A stretch of DNA of 64,000 nt from Alphaproteobacteria bacterium. Lineage in GTDB: Bacteria; Pseudomonadota; Alphaproteobacteria; RF32; CAG-239. Position numbers and translations under genes: made by a program. Below are positions 1 to 10,438 of this stretch, piece by piece. Location: NCBI GenBank assembly GCA_045593845.1, contig JAZNXK010000011.1, positions 97,198 to 161,197 of the forward strand. Reading direction: 5' to 3'. Numbering within the stretch: the stretch's first letter is position 1; the number at the start of each line of letters is the position of its first letter. A model generated the notes under the pieces. It did not search any database. It was given only the letters and a program-made list of their open reading frames with translations, and was not told the origin of the DNA.

Positions 1-230
1 ATATTTTGCCCGAAGTTAAAAAGGGTACAAACGGGGAGATAAATTTGGCGGACGCAACAGGCTTGGCAGCGCAAAGAGGTATGAAATTGACAGGTGTACT
101 TTGTGATGTTACGAGATTTGATTGCGGAACAAATGCCGATTTATCAAAGGCAAATTTGAGGCTCTCTTTGATGGAAAATCCTGATTTGAGGGCATATTGT
201 AAAGATTTATTGGATAATATGTTTGTTTAA
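1..230 (+). CDS. C-terminal fragment of a probable UTP-glucose-1-phosphate uridylyltransferase (GalU-like); starts upstream of the window
   Basis: KGTNGEINLADA resembles PGAGGEIQLTDA and RFDCG resembles the GalU C-terminal motif; followed by a terminator. Confidence 0.55.
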   Translation, partial: ILPEVKKGTNGEINLADATGLAAQRGMKLTGVLCDVTRFDCGTNADLSKANLRLSLMENPDLRAYCKDLLDNMFV

Positions 231-233
231 TAG

Positions 234-260
234 AAAAGACCGCCTTTCGGCGGTTTTTTT
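234..260 (+). terminator. Intrinsic terminator
   Basis: accgcc-tttc-ggcggt hairpin followed by a T run. Confidence 0.8.
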
Positions 261-326
261 CTTGCTTGTTTGAAAATTTTGTGTTAGCTAAAGAAAAAAA
301 TATCTATTAACTAAATTATTTAATTT

Positions 327-749
327 ATGAAGACTAAAAAAATTAAAAAAATCATTTCCGGGTGTTATCAATCAACTCCGGAAGAACAGATTTCGATGAT
401 TGAAAGCCATAATGCCGAGAAGGTCTTGCGGGCACATCTTAAACATTGTGGTCTTTGCAAAGAGGCACAGTTCAAAATGTTGGATATGCCCAATGCTATC
501 AGTCTTTTGGGTATTTATACTCAAAGATACTGGCTTTCAAAAGATGTGGAGATGCGGATGTTGGAACATCCTAAATCAACTGAGTTGTTGAAGGTGTATT
601 CAAAGAATCGCCGCCTTTCTTTTGAGGCTCAAGTGCATATTTTGGATGTGCCTAACTCTTTAAAACTCAGAGAAATTTACGGCTCTCGCCGTAACTTTTG
701 CGAGAAATACTATGAAGCTCTCTATCAAAGAAATCACATAGAAAGCTAG
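327..749 (+). CDS. Orphan protein with 4-5 tandem 27-aa helical repeats
   Basis: Units LCKEAQFKMLDMPNAISLLGIYTQRYW / LSKDVEMRMLEHPKSTELLKVYSKNRR / LSFEAQVHILDVPNSLKLREIYGSRRN; flanked by terminators. Confidence 0.75.
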   Translation: MKTKKIKKIISGCYQSTPEEQISMIESHNAEKVLRAHLKHCGLCKEAQFKMLDMPNAISLLGIYTQRYWLSKDVEMRMLEHPKSTELLKVYSKNRRLSFEAQVHILDVPNSLKLREIYGSRRNFCEKYYEALYQRNHIES

Positions 750-754
750 CTATC

Positions 755-784
755 AAGGTCACCTTAATGGTGGCCTTTTTTTTT
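755..784 (+). terminator. Intrinsic terminator
   Basis: aaggtcacc-ttaat-ggtggcctt followed by a T run. Confidence 0.75.
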
Positions 785-835
785 GTTGAAATAAATGCTT
801 GCAATCTCAAAAAATTTGATGTAGAAAGCAGTTGT

Positions 836-859
836 TTCCGGCACCCCTGGAGGCCGGAA
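836..859 (+). promoter_or_regulatory. Putative rplY leader hairpin
   Basis: ttccggc-acccctggag-gccggaa, a GC-rich stem in the AT-rich 5' UTR of rplY. Confidence 0.45.
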
Positions 860-885
860 GGTTTTAATTTATAAGGAATAGTAAA

Positions 886-1176
886 ATGGTAGATATTACT
901 TTTAATGCTGAAAAGCGCGAAAAAGCAGGTAAGGGGGCAGCTCGGGCGTGTCGTCGTGAAGGGCGTGTTCCTGCCATTATTTATGGCAACAAAAAAGAGC
1001 CTGTTATGATTAGTTTGCATCCGGTTGAGCTTGAAAAAGCTTTGGATATGGTTGGTTTTTATGATGCAGACATTGAAGTTGTTGTTGACGGCAAAGCTAT
1101 TAAAGTTTCTTGCCAAGACGTGCAATTTCATCCGGTTTCTGACAAGCCAATTCACGTTGACTTCTTAAGAAAATAG
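886..1176 (+). CDS. rplY: 50S ribosomal protein L25, short single-domain form
   Basis: GKGAARACRREGRVPAIIYG and DVQFHPVSDKPIHVDF motifs; rplY-pth-ychF order. Confidence 0.95.
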   Translation: MVDITFNAEKREKAGKGAARACRREGRVPAIIYGNKKEPVMISLHPVELEKALDMVGFYDADIEVVVDGKAIKVSCQDVQFHPVSDKPIHVDFLRK

Positions 1177-1264
1177 GATTTAGAGATTTTTTTCGGAGCG
1201 TCGACGGGAAGAAGTTTATTTCTAACCTGACGCTCCGAAGTTTATTTAAATCTGAGGTTTTGAG

Positions 1265-1828
1265 ATGTTCTTGATAGTCGGTTTGGGAAATCCAGGTGCA
1301 GAATATGTCGGTACTCGCCATAATGTGGGTTTTATGGTTGTTGATGCTTTGGCTGAAAAATATGGTTTTTCTTCTTGGCGTGAAAAATTTGACGGTTTGA
1401 TTGCAGAGGGAAAAATCGGAGAGCATAAAGTTTTTTTGTTAAAGCCACAAACGTTTATGAATTTATCGGGAAATTCCGTGGTTAAAGCCGCAACATTTTA
1501 TAAAATTTTGCCGCAAAACATTGTGGTTATTCATGATGATATGGATTTAGATATATCTAAAATAAAAGCAAAAACGGGTGGCGGAACCGGAGGCCATAAC
1601 GGATTGAAAAGTATTGATGCACATATTACCAATGCTTATCATAGGATTCGAATCGGGGTAGGACATCCGAAAAATGAGGATGCAATAAATTATGTGTTGT
1701 CCGGCTTTTCGAAAGAGGATAAGAAATATTTGGAAGCAAATATTGTTATAGTAGCTGACAATATAGAGATTTTGTTAAATGAAGGTATGCCGGCTTTTAG
1801 CAACAGAATCGGCATGCTTAAAGCTTGA
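1265..1828 (+). CDS. pth: Peptidyl-tRNA hydrolase
   Basis: [33 protein letters not shown]. Confidence 0.97.
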   Translation: MFLIVGLGNPGAEYVGTRHNVGFMVVDALAEKYGFSSWREKFDGLIAEGKIGEHKVFLLKPQTFMNLSGNSVVKAATFYKILPQNIVVIHDDMDLDISKIKAKTGGGTGGHNGLKSIDAHITNAYHRIRIGVGHPKNEDAINYVLSGFSKEDKKYLEANIVIVADNIEILLNEGMPAFSNRIGMLKA

Positions 1829-1838
1829 GGAGTGAAAA

Positions 1839-2948
1839 ATGGGATTTAATTGCGGAATTGTAGGTTTGCCGAATGTTGGAAAATCAACATTGTTTAATGC
1901 TTTGACACAAACTATTGCGGCACAGGCGGCAAATTTTCCTTTTTGCACAATAGAGCCTAATACGGGAAGGGTAGCGGTTCCGGACAAGCGGCTCGATAAA
2001 CTGGTTGAGATGGTAAATCCTAAAAATGTTGTGCCGACACAGTTGGAATTTGTTGATATTGCCGGTCTTGTAAAAGGAGCTTCAAAAGGTGAAGGACTGG
2101 GCAATCAATTCTTGGCAAATATCAGGGAAGTTGATGCCATAATCCATGTTTTGCGCTGTTTTGAAGATGATAATATTACTCACGTTGAAGGTAGTGTTGA
2201 TCCGGTCAGAGATGCAGAAATTGTTGAAACAGAGTTAATGTTGGCTGATTTAGAATCGTTAGAAAAGAGATACGATCAAACAGCAAAAAAGGCCAAGGGA
2301 GGAGATAAAGAATCTATTGTGCGTTTGGCTGTTATGGAACCGATTATTGCCGCTTTGAAAACAGGAAGGCCGGCAAGAGCGGCAGCTCCGGATGCTTCAA
2401 ATAAAGATGCAATTAAAGAATATAAAATGTTGCAACTTTTGACTTCAAAACCGGTTTTGTATGTTTGTAATGTGGATGAAAATTCGGCGGCAAAAGGCAA
2501 TAAATTTTCAGATATGGTTATGGAGAAAGCCAAAAAAGAAAGTGCAAAAGCCGTTGTGATTTCTGCGGAAATAGAATCAGAAGTAGCACAACTTGATGAT
2601 AAAACGGAGCAACAGGAGTTTTTGGAAACTTTGGGGCTGGAAGAAACGGGTCTTACAAAGATTATAAAAGCAGGGTATGAGCTCTTGGGCTTGCAAACAT
2701 ATTTTACCGCCGGACCGAAAGAAGTTAGAGCTTGGACTTTTGTAAAAGGGTCTAAAGCGCCGCAGTGCGCAGGAATTATACACTCGGACTTTGAGCGCGG
2801 ATTTATTAGAGCAGAAACAATATCTTATGATGATTATGTTCGGTTGGGTGGGGAACAAGCCTGTAAGGAAGCCGGTAAAATGCGTTCCGAAGGTAAGGAT
2901 TATGTTGTACAAGACGGTGATTTATTGAATTTTTTGTTTAATGTATAA
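1839..2948 (+). CDS. ychF: Ribosome-binding ATPase YchF
   Basis: [46 protein letters not shown]. Confidence 0.97.
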   Translation: MGFNCGIVGLPNVGKSTLFNALTQTIAAQAANFPFCTIEPNTGRVAVPDKRLDKLVEMVNPKNVVPTQLEFVDIAGLVKGASKGEGLGNQFLANIREVDAIIHVLRCFEDDNITHVEGSVDPVRDAEIVETELMLADLESLEKRYDQTAKKAKGGDKESIVRLAVMEPIIAALKTGRPARAAAPDASNKDAIKEYKMLQLLTSKPVLYVCNVDENSAAKGNKFSDMVMEKAKKESAKAVVISAEIESEVAQLDDKTEQQEFLETLGLEETGLTKIIKAGYELLGLQTYFTAGPKEVRAWTFVKGSKAPQCAGIIHSDFERGFIRAETISYDDYVRLGGEQACKEAGKMRSEGKDYVVQDGDLLNFLFNV

Positions 2949-3003
2949 TTAAGAATTTTTTGTTACAATTCCTCCGAATCGGTCTTTTTAAGAGCCTCAC
3001 ATA

Positions 3004-3032
3004 TTGACAAATGTTTTGTCAAATGGTATGAT
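3004..3032 (+). promoter_or_regulatory. Sigma70-type promoter with overlapping inverted repeat
   Basis: TTGACA-17 nt-TATGAT; TTGACAAA-tgt-TTTGTCAA palindrome overlaps the -35 element. Confidence 0.6.
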
Positions 3033-3068
3033 GTGTTTATAGAGCAATATTTTATGGAGGGTAGAACG

Positions 3069-3377
3069 ATGGCTGAAAAAGATATTAATGCACAAGAGGC
3101 TCCTGCGGCGGCTGTTGCAATTGATGGATATGAGGAAATAGCCAGAGGTGGCAGCAAGTTATGGGATAAAGTAAAGTATCACGTTATTAGAACTGGAGTT
3201 ATTTTAGGGGCGCTTGCCGCATCATACGGTATGAGTAAAGCTGATTTTCCTAATAATGAATATAAAATTGGCGCGACGGTTGCTCCAGTTTTGTTTGGTT
3301 TTGCAGTAGCCTCGTCTATTAAAAACGATAAAGATAATAATAAAACAGCTGATTTTACCAAATACGCAGGAAGATAA
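3069..3377 (+). CDS. Small orphan membrane protein with two hydrophobic segments
   Basis: GGAGG Shine-Dalgarno before ATG 3069; GVILGALAASYG and ATVAPVLFGFAVA; ends ADFTKYAGR. Confidence 0.65.
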   Translation: MAEKDINAQEAPAAAVAIDGYEEIARGGSKLWDKVKYHVIRTGVILGALAASYGMSKADFPNNEYKIGATVAPVLFGFAVASSIKNDKDNNKTADFTKYAGR

Positions 3378-3394
3378 TAGGGAGAACGATTTAA

Positions 3395-3808
3395 ATGTCA
3401 TTAGAAAATATTTTAGTTGATGAATTTAGAATTTTGCAAAAAGGTGATAAGTATGCCATTGCCTTGCAGATTGATGATGGTGCCACAGATGATGCTGATT
3501 TTATGTATGACGGCAGAAATTGCGCTATTCTTGTTCGTAATAAAACAAAGGCATATCTGCTTACAAATATATTACCCGGTTTACGTGAAGTTTTGGCAGA
3601 ACAAAATGATTTGATGATTTTTGAGGAGCGAGGTTCCGAAGTTGCCAATAAATATGAAGTTAAGGTAAGACACGTTAAAGAGATTCCATATCCTGATAAT
3701 TTTGAAAAAGATGCAGCAAAAATGATGGAAGATCTTAAAGTTGAACTGGGTGAAGAAAAGTATAATGAGTTGGTAAAAGCAATTGAAGAGGCTTATAATA
3801 AGAAATAG
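3395..3808 (+). CDS. Hypothetical acidic protein
   Basis: 137-aa ORF with GGGAG Shine-Dalgarno and a downstream terminator. Confidence 0.7.
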   Translation: MSLENILVDEFRILQKGDKYAIALQIDDGATDDADFMYDGRNCAILVRNKTKAYLLTNILPGLREVLAEQNDLMIFEERGSEVANKYEVKVRHVKEIPYPDNFEKDAAKMMEDLKVELGEEKYNELVKAIEEAYNKK

Positions 3809-3830
3809 TTTCTATCACTTCATAAAATGA

Positions 3831-3861
3831 AAAAAACTCCGCTATTTTGCGGAGTTTTTTT
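3831..3861. terminator. Bidirectional intrinsic terminator
   Basis: aaaaaactccgc-tatttt-gcggagtttttt between a convergent ORF and tRNA. Confidence 0.8.
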
Positions 3862-3868
3862 ATTTTAT

Positions 3869-3944
<76 letters not shown>

Positions 3945-4054
3945 AAAACAAAATTACCTTTATATTATTTGGTTGAAAAATGCAAGAATTTTGTTATCAT
4001 ATATTTAATATTTTTACTTTAACATAAGCAAATGTTATTGAGAAAGGACGAAAT

Positions 4055-4939
4055 ATGAGTGATAAAAAGCTTAATTTTAAGGTGGATTATTCAAAATTTG
4101 ACATTGTTACGGAGTATAATGTCAAAAATCAGCGTTATCCATTGGTTCTTTCCGTTCCTCATAGCGGCAGAATTTTTCCGCCAGAGTTTTTAGCAAATGT
4201 TTCGGTTGATGAAAATGAACTTCGTTCCAATGAAGATCCCTATGTTGATGAATTGATTATGGAAGCTTCCAATAATGGAATTCCCTTGCTTTCTTTGAAT
4301 ATTGCAAGGTCTTTTATTGATGTTAATCGTGACGTTTTGGAAATAGACTCGTCAATGTTTTATAATTATCCCGATAGCGATGTGGTTACAAACAATAAGA
4401 GGTGTCGCGCTGGTTTGGGATTGTTGCACAGAATTACCGCAGATAGAAAAAATATATATGATGGTCTTTTGGATTATAATGAAGCGCAAGCCAGAATTAA
4501 AAATGTGTATAATGTTTATCATAAATCTTTGCAAAAACTCATTGATAAAACACTGAAAAAATTTGGTTTTTGCTTGGTGCTTGATTGTCACTCCATGCCC
4601 TCAAAAATTTGTAATATTATGCAGGATAATCGCCAAATTGAGGTTTGTTTAGGGACATTATTTGAACAGAGTTGTTCCGCGGAGATTATTGAGTTTATGA
4701 CGCAAAGGTTGGAACAAAAATATAATGTGAGTTTGGATTGTCCGTATTCAGGTGCGTTTACAAGTTTTAACTATTGTCAGCCACGCAAAAGTGTTTTTAC
4801 CCTGCAAATGGAGATAAATCGCAAGCTTTATGAGGACGAGGCTGTGTATAAAAAAAGTGCAAATTTTCAATATGTTAGCACAGATATATGTGATGCGATA
4901 ACGGCTTTGGCCAATTTTTTGCTGGATTTTAAAAAATAA
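4055..4939 (+). CDS. N-formylglutamate amidohydrolase family protein
   Basis: SVPHSGRIFP, EDPYVDEL, RSFIDVNR, LDCHSMPS, LQMEINRKLY. Confidence 0.9.
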   Translation: MSDKKLNFKVDYSKFDIVTEYNVKNQRYPLVLSVPHSGRIFPPEFLANVSVDENELRSNEDPYVDELIMEASNNGIPLLSLNIARSFIDVNRDVLEIDSSMFYNYPDSDVVTNNKRCRAGLGLLHRITADRKNIYDGLLDYNEAQARIKNVYNVYHKSLQKLIDKTLKKFGFCLVLDCHSMPSKICNIMQDNRQIEVCLGTLFEQSCSAEIIEFMTQRLEQKYNVSLDCPYSGAFTSFNYCQPRKSVFTLQMEINRKLYEDEAVYKKSANFQYVSTDICDAITALANFLLDFKK

Positions 4940-5121
4940 TTGTGTTATAGCTCTGCTGATTTTAATTTGAAAGTGCGGCAAGGTGCCGCATTGTTTGTGA
5001 AATGCCCCTAAAATTTTTTGGGTGCCGTTAAGCAAATTGAAACCGTAAAAGGGGGATTTTTGTGGCAGTTTTAGGGATACAGAGGGATACTTTATATTTT
5101 TTATAAGTATCGAAAAAATTT

Positions 5122-5784
5122 ATGTTATTTCTTATATTGCTGATGTTGTTTCAGCCTTTGCCGGCAGCGGCGCAAGATATTGCGATTGCCGATGAAGGGA
5201 TAGCATGCTTTGATGCAGCAATTAAAGCAGAACAAAAATATGGAATTAAAAAATATTTATTGGTTTCTATTTCAAAAGTAGAAACAGGCAGATGGAATGA
5301 AAAGCTACAACAAAAAACTGCTTGGCCATGGACGGTTAATGCCGGTGGCAGAGGCCGTTATTATAAGAGCAAAGAAGAGGCTATTGCTGCAGTAAAAGAT
5401 TTGCAAAACAGCGGTTATGAAAGTATTGATGTCGGTTGTATGCAGGTTAATTTGCATTTCCATGGTGATAAATTTGCAAATTTGGAAGATGCCTTTGATC
5501 CCGAAAAAAATGTTGATGTGGCTGCGAAGTTCTTGATGGGTAGATATAAACATCGTAAGGATTGGTTGCTTGCGGCAACAGACTATCATTCAAAACTTCC
5601 AAGCAGAGCAAAAACATATAAACAAAAACTGTTGGCTTCTTTCGGTGAAGCAAATGCTCATAAGAATTATTTCGAGGAAAAAGATGAGAGCGTTTTAGGC
5701 ATTAAGTATGCCGGAACTATGCTCTTTAATATGATTTCTTTAGCAAAAACGGTTGGAGAATTTGTAATTTCTCTAAAGGATTAA
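5122..5784 (+). CDS. Lytic transglycosylase, SLT domain, with signal peptide
   Basis: ISKVETGR catalytic Glu, WPWTVN, IDVGCMQVNLHFH, AFDPEKNV. Confidence 0.88.
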   Translation: MLFLILLMLFQPLPAAAQDIAIADEGIACFDAAIKAEQKYGIKKYLLVSISKVETGRWNEKLQQKTAWPWTVNAGGRGRYYKSKEEAIAAVKDLQNSGYESIDVGCMQVNLHFHGDKFANLEDAFDPEKNVDVAAKFLMGRYKHRKDWLLAATDYHSKLPSRAKTYKQKLLASFGEANAHKNYFEEKDESVLGIKYAGTMLFNMISLAKTVGEFVISLKD

Positions 5785-5788
5785 AAAT

Positions 5789-6526
5789 ATGAAAATAAGT
5801 AAGTTTTCACGCGAATATTCTATATGCAGTTATGAATGTGATTGCAGAGGAATATTGCGAGTTGTTTCGTTGATGAACATGTTTCAAGATGTGGCTGATA
5901 CTCATGCGGAACTGTTGGGTGTGGGAATTGAACATTGTATAAAACATGGACTTGCTTGGTTTGGTTCTAATTATCATATAAAGATTTTTCGTATGCCGTC
6001 GTGGCATGAAAAAATTAAAATTGTAACTTGGCCTTCGCAAGAGAAAAAAATCGGAGCTGTCAGAGATTTTGAAGTTGTTGATGAAAACAACAAGATAATA
6101 ATAGTTGCTTCAAGCCAATGGATTTTGATAGATTTTGCGAAGAAGAGGCCTTTATCCTTAAGAGAAAATTTGCCTGATTATGAGGTAGTAGAAGAAAGGG
6201 CAATAGACACTGATTTTCCAAAAATAGGGTTGCCGGAAAATGCTTCTTTTTGCAAAAGTTTTGCTGTCAGATATGATGATATTGATGTTAACGGACACGT
6301 TAATAATTCTGTTTATCCTTTGTGGGCAACAGAAGCAGTGGATAAGGATTTTCGTTTGAATAACACTCCGGCGGAAATTGAAATTGCTTTTAAGAAAGAG
6401 ACGTTATTCGGTGATGTTGTGAAGGTTAGCACCCAAATAGATGAAAACATTACTTTACATGAAATGGTTTGCGGTGCTGATAATCATGAAATTGCTCGTT
6501 TGCGTATAATATGGAAAAGTGTTTAG
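5789..6526 (+). CDS. Acyl-ACP thioesterase
   Basis: SYECD, FQDVADTHA, VRYDDIDVNGHVNNSVY. Confidence 0.9.
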   Translation: MKISKFSREYSICSYECDCRGILRVVSLMNMFQDVADTHAELLGVGIEHCIKHGLAWFGSNYHIKIFRMPSWHEKIKIVTWPSQEKKIGAVRDFEVVDENNKIIIVASSQWILIDFAKKRPLSLRENLPDYEVVEERAIDTDFPKIGLPENASFCKSFAVRYDDIDVNGHVNNSVYPLWATEAVDKDFRLNNTPAEIEIAFKKETLFGDVVKVSTQIDENITLHEMVCGADNHEIARLRIIWKSV

Positions 6527-6850
6527 TTTAATATACTTTTTTAGTAATTCATAATTTTGTCTATAATGCAACGAATCGGAAATATAAATCTGACTCAATT
6601 AGAGTCAGAGCAAGGGTTTCTGTTTTTGTAAAAAAATGAAAAAATGTGTTTTTTTTGCTTGCATTATATTTTTGAATGTGTTACAAAGCGCTCACCTAGT
6701 TGGATTTCAGCGCATTTACGCTCTTCTGACGGTGATATAAAATATAGCGTAACATATTGATTTTTCAGTATTTTACATGACATTAATTTTTAGGCGGTAA
6801 GATTGCCCAAGGCGAATCGTGCCGTCCTAGTTATAGGAAAAGTATTTGAT

Positions 6851-7162
6851 ATGATGGATACACAAAATATAAGAATTCGTCTTCGCGCTTTTGACCATCG
6901 TTTGCTCGATTTATCTACAAAAGAAATTGTGCACACAGCCAAAAGAACGGGGGCAAACGTAAGGGGTCCGATACCTCTTCCGACAAGAATCGAGAAATTT
7001 ACGGTTAACCGTTCTCCGCACGTTGATAAAAAATCTCGTGAGCAGTTCGAAATCAGAACTCATAAGAGACTTCTTGATATTGTCAGTCCGACACCGCAAA
7101 CAGTTGATGCTTTGATGAAGCTAGATTTGGCCGCCGGTGTTAATGTTGAAATTAAGTTGTAA
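6851..7162 (+). CDS. rpsJ: 30S ribosomal protein S10
   Basis: [35 protein letters not shown]. Confidence 0.98.
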   Translation: MMDTQNIRIRLRAFDHRLLDLSTKEIVHTAKRTGANVRGPIPLPTRIEKFTVNRSPHVDKKSREQFEIRTHKRLLDIVSPTPQTVDALMKLDLAAGVNVEIKL

Positions 7163-7255
7163 TTGTTTGTTATAAATAATTACCCGTTATTAAATAAGCA
7201 ATGTTGGTCTTTTGGATATTTGGAAAGGTCAACCAATTGAAAAGGAAAAATAAAA

Positions 7256-7975
7256 ATGCGTACTGGTTTAATCGCAAAAAAATTGGGAATGTCCCGTATT
7301 TTTGAAGCTAATGGAACTCATGTGCCGGTTACTGTTTTGAGTGTTGAAAATTTGCAAGTTGTTGCAGTTAAAACACAAGAAAAAGACGGATATACCGCCG
7401 TTCAGCTCGGAACAGGTGCTGTTAAGGCAAAAAATGTTTCTAAGGCTTTGAAAGGACATTTTGCAAAGGCTAATATTGAGCCGAAAAAGAAATTGGGCGA
7501 GTTCAGAGTTTCTGAAGACTGCCTGCTTTCTGTTGGTGCTGAACTGTCTGTAGAACACTTTGTTTGCGGGCAATTTGTTGATGTTTGTGCAACATCTTTA
7601 GGTAAAGGTTTTGCAGGTCCTATGAAACGTCATAATTTTGCCGGCTTGGAAGCCAGCCACGGTGTTTCTATTTCTCACCGTTCTCATGGTTCTACAGGTC
7701 AGAGACAGGACCCGGGTAAAGTATTTAAGGGCAAGAAAATGGCCGGACATATGGGTTCTGAACGCGTTACCGTTCAAAATCTTAAAGTTGTTGCCATTGA
7801 TGCTGACAAAGGTTTGATTATGGTAAAAGGTGGTGTTCCCGGAAGTGAAAATTCTTGGGTTCGTATTACTGATGCCATTAAGAAAACAGCAAATGTCGAG
7901 CTTCCTTTGCCTGCAGGTTTGAAAAAAGTTGATGCACCTGTCGCAGTTAAAGCTGAAACAGCTGATAATGCATAG
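7256..7975 (+). CDS. rplC: 50S ribosomal protein L3
   Basis: [31 protein letters not shown]; operon position. Confidence 0.98.
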   Translation: MRTGLIAKKLGMSRIFEANGTHVPVTVLSVENLQVVAVKTQEKDGYTAVQLGTGAVKAKNVSKALKGHFAKANIEPKKKLGEFRVSEDCLLSVGAELSVEHFVCGQFVDVCATSLGKGFAGPMKRHNFAGLEASHGVSISHRSHGSTGQRQDPGKVFKGKKMAGHMGSERVTVQNLKVVAIDADKGLIMVKGGVPGSENSWVRITDAIKKTANVELPLPAGLKKVDAPVAVKAETADNA

Positions 7976-7989
7976 AATGAAGGAATAAA

Positions 7990-8613
7990 ATGATGAAACA
8001 GGACATCTTAAGTTTAGATAATAAAAATGTTGGTTCTATCGAACTTAACGAATCGATTTTCGGTTTGGAAGTCAGAGCTGATATTTTGCAACGGGTTGTA
8101 AGATGGCAATTGGCCAGAATGCAAGCCGGAACTCACAAAACTAAAGGGCGTTCCGAAGTTGCTTTGACACCTGCAAAACCTTTTAAGCAAAAAGGTTCGG
8201 GTAATGCACGTCAAGGTAGCCGTAAGGGTACTCAATTTAGAAAAGGTGGAATCGTGTTTGGTCCGGTTGTTCGTGACCACTCACATGACTTGACCAAGAA
8301 GTTTAGACGTTTAGGCTTGAAAATTGCTCTTTCTGCAAAAGCTAAAGACGGTAATTTGGTTGTTGTTGATGATATTAAATTGTCTTCACCGAAGACCAAA
8401 GATTTGCAAGATAAGTTGAATGTTTTGGGCTGGAATAATTGCTTGGTCGTTGATGGAAAAGAAGTTGATATTAACTTCGCATTGGCTTCTCGCAATATTG
8501 CCGGTATAGATGTTTTGCCGACAATCGGTGCCAATGTATATGACATCTTGAGAAGAGACAAACTGGTGTTGACTAAAGACGCTGTTAACTGCTTGGAGGA
8601 AAGACTGAAATGA
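7990..8613 (+). CDS. rplD: 50S ribosomal protein L4
   Basis: [22 protein letters not shown]. Confidence 0.98.
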   Translation: MMKQDILSLDNKNVGSIELNESIFGLEVRADILQRVVRWQLARMQAGTHKTKGRSEVALTPAKPFKQKGSGNARQGSRKGTQFRKGGIVFGPVVRDHSHDLTKKFRRLGLKIALSAKAKDGNLVVVDDIKLSSPKTKDLQDKLNVLGWNNCLVVDGKEVDINFALASRNIAGIDVLPTIGANVYDILRRDKLVLTKDAVNCLEERLK

Positions 8614-8927
8614 AAAAGAATGTTAAAACCAACAATGTAGTTGCATCTATGTATGATACATTGGTTAGTCCGGTAATCACTGAGAAATCAATGCTGTTGT
8701 CTGAAAACGGAAAAGTAGTTTTTAGAGTTCCGTTGGATGCCAGTAAGGAAGCTGTTAAGGCTGCCGTTGAAGCCATTTTTGGTGTCAAGGTCGTTAAAGT
8801 GAATACTATTCGTCAGTTTGGTAAGGTAAAAAGATTCAGAGGTCATACGGGTTGCCGTTCTGACTATAAGAAAGCTTTGGTTACTCTTGCCGAAGGTCAA
8901 AATATTGATGTTACAACAGGAATTTAA
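8610..8927 (+). CDS. rplW: 50S ribosomal protein L23
   Basis: [30 protein letters not shown]. Confidence 0.97.
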   Translation: MKKNVKTNNVVASMYDTLVSPVITEKSMLLSENGKVVFRVPLDASKEAVKAAVEAIFGVKVVKVNTIRQFGKVKRFRGHTGCRSDYKKALVTLAEGQNIDVTTGI

Positions 8928-8930
8928 AAA

Positions 8931-9764
8931 ATGGTGTTAAAAACATATAAGCCCACATCTCCCGGACTTCGTCAACTGGTTATTGTTGACAGAAGCGAGC
9001 TTTATAAAGGAGCTCCAGAGAAGTCTTTGACAATTGGTCTTACTAAGACCGGTGGGCGTGATAATTTTGGACATGTTACAAGTCGGAGAAAGGGCGGCGG
9101 ACATAAACGCAAGCTCAGAATTATCGACTTCAGACGTAATAAATTTGATATGGAAGCCACGGTTGAGAGAATCGAGTATGATCCTAACCGCTCATCTTTC
9201 ATTGCTTTGATCAGCTATGAAGATGGCGAAAAGGCTTATATTTTGGCTCCTCAAAGATTGAAGGCTGGTGATAAGGTTATTTCTGCACAAAAAGCTGATA
9301 TTAAACCCGGAAATGCTATGCCTTTGAAAAATATGCCGGTTGGTACAATTGTTCACAACGTTGAGTTGCGTTCAGGCAAAGGCGGACAATTGGTTCGTGC
9401 TGCAGGATGCTATGCTCAAGTTGTTGGTAAAGATGCCGGATATGCTCAATTGAAGTTAAGTTCGGGCGAATTGAGAATTGTTCGCGAAGAGTGCTTGGCT
9501 ACAGTTGGTGCAGTTTCCAATCCGGACAATCAAAACAGGTCTTTAGGTAAGGCTGGTCGCACACGTTGGTTGGGTTTGCGCCCTGTATCTCGTGGTGTGG
9601 CTATGAACCCGGTTGATCACCCGATGGGTGGTGGTGAAGGTCGCACGTCAGGCGGTCGTCATCCGACAACTCCGTGGGGTAACCCGACTAAAGGCGGAAG
9701 AACACGTTCTAACAAGAAGACAGATCGCTTTATTATGCGTTCGCGTCATGATAATAAGAAATAA
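8931..9764 (+). CDS. rplB: 50S ribosomal protein L2
   Basis: [26 protein letters not shown]. Confidence 0.98.
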   Translation: MVLKTYKPTSPGLRQLVIVDRSELYKGAPEKSLTIGLTKTGGRDNFGHVTSRRKGGGHKRKLRIIDFRRNKFDMEATVERIEYDPNRSSFIALISYEDGEKAYILAPQRLKAGDKVISAQKADIKPGNAMPLKNMPVGTIVHNVELRSGKGGQLVRAAGCYAQVVGKDAGYAQLKLSSGELRIVREECLATVGAVSNPDNQNRSLGKAGRTRWLGLRPVSRGVAMNPVDHPMGGGEGRTSGGRHPTTPWGNPTKGGRTRSNKKTDRFIMRSRHDNKK

Positions 9765-9778
9765 AAGGAGATAAGCTA

Positions 9779-10057
9779 ATGACACGTTCAGTATGGAAAG
9801 GACCGTTTGTTGATGGATATCTTCTGAAGAAAGCAGACGCTGCCAGAAATTCTAGCCGTAATGAGGTTATAAAAATTTGGTCGCGCAGATCAACAATGTT
9901 GCCACAATTTGTTGGCTTGACATTTGGTGTTCACAATGGTCATAAGTTTATCCCGGTATTGGTTACTGAAGATATGGTAGGCCACAAATTCGGTGAATTT
10001 GCTCCTACTCGTACTTTTTACGGCCACGCCGCAGATAAGAAAGCAAATAGGAGTTAG
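9779..10057 (+). CDS. rpsS: 30S ribosomal protein S19
   Basis: [23 protein letters not shown]. Confidence 0.98.
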   Translation: MTRSVWKGPFVDGYLLKKADAARNSSRNEVIKIWSRRSTMLPQFVGLTFGVHNGHKFIPVLVTEDMVGHKFGEFAPTRTFYGHAADKKANRS

Positions 10058-10059
10058 TA

Positions 10060-10434
10060 ATGGGAAAATCTAAAGACGTTAGAAGCCTTGCTGCAAATCA
10101 AGCGAAAGCTGTTTGCTATGCATTGCGCACAAGCCCGCAAAAACTTAACCTTGTTGCTGCGACAATCCGTGGTTTAAATGTTGAAAAGGCTGTTGCTGAA
10201 CTCACTTTCTCAAAGAAGAGAATTGCAAAGTCGGTTTTGAAAGTTTTGCAATCTGCGATTGCAAATGCTGAAAACAATCATCAGTTAAACATTGATAAGC
10301 TTTATGTAAGCGAAGCTTATTGCGGAAAAAGTTTTGTAATGAAACGTATGCATGCGCGCGGTCGCGGAAGAGGAGCCAGGGTTTTGAAACCTTTCTCCAA
10401 TATTACAATCGTTGTAACCGAGCGTGGGGAGTAA
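10060..10434 (+). CDS. rplV: 50S ribosomal protein L22
   Basis: [25 protein letters not shown]. Confidence 0.97.
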   Translation: MGKSKDVRSLAANQAKAVCYALRTSPQKLNLVAATIRGLNVEKAVAELTFSKKRIAKSVLKVLQSAIANAENNHQLNIDKLYVSEAYCGKSFVMKRMHARGRGRGARVLKPFSNITIVVTERGE

Positions 10435-10438
10435 AGGT

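Noticed and set aside
6589-6609. tctgactc-aatta-gagtcaga palindrome
   Set aside because: A single short hairpin with no second copy seen; not enough to assign a function.
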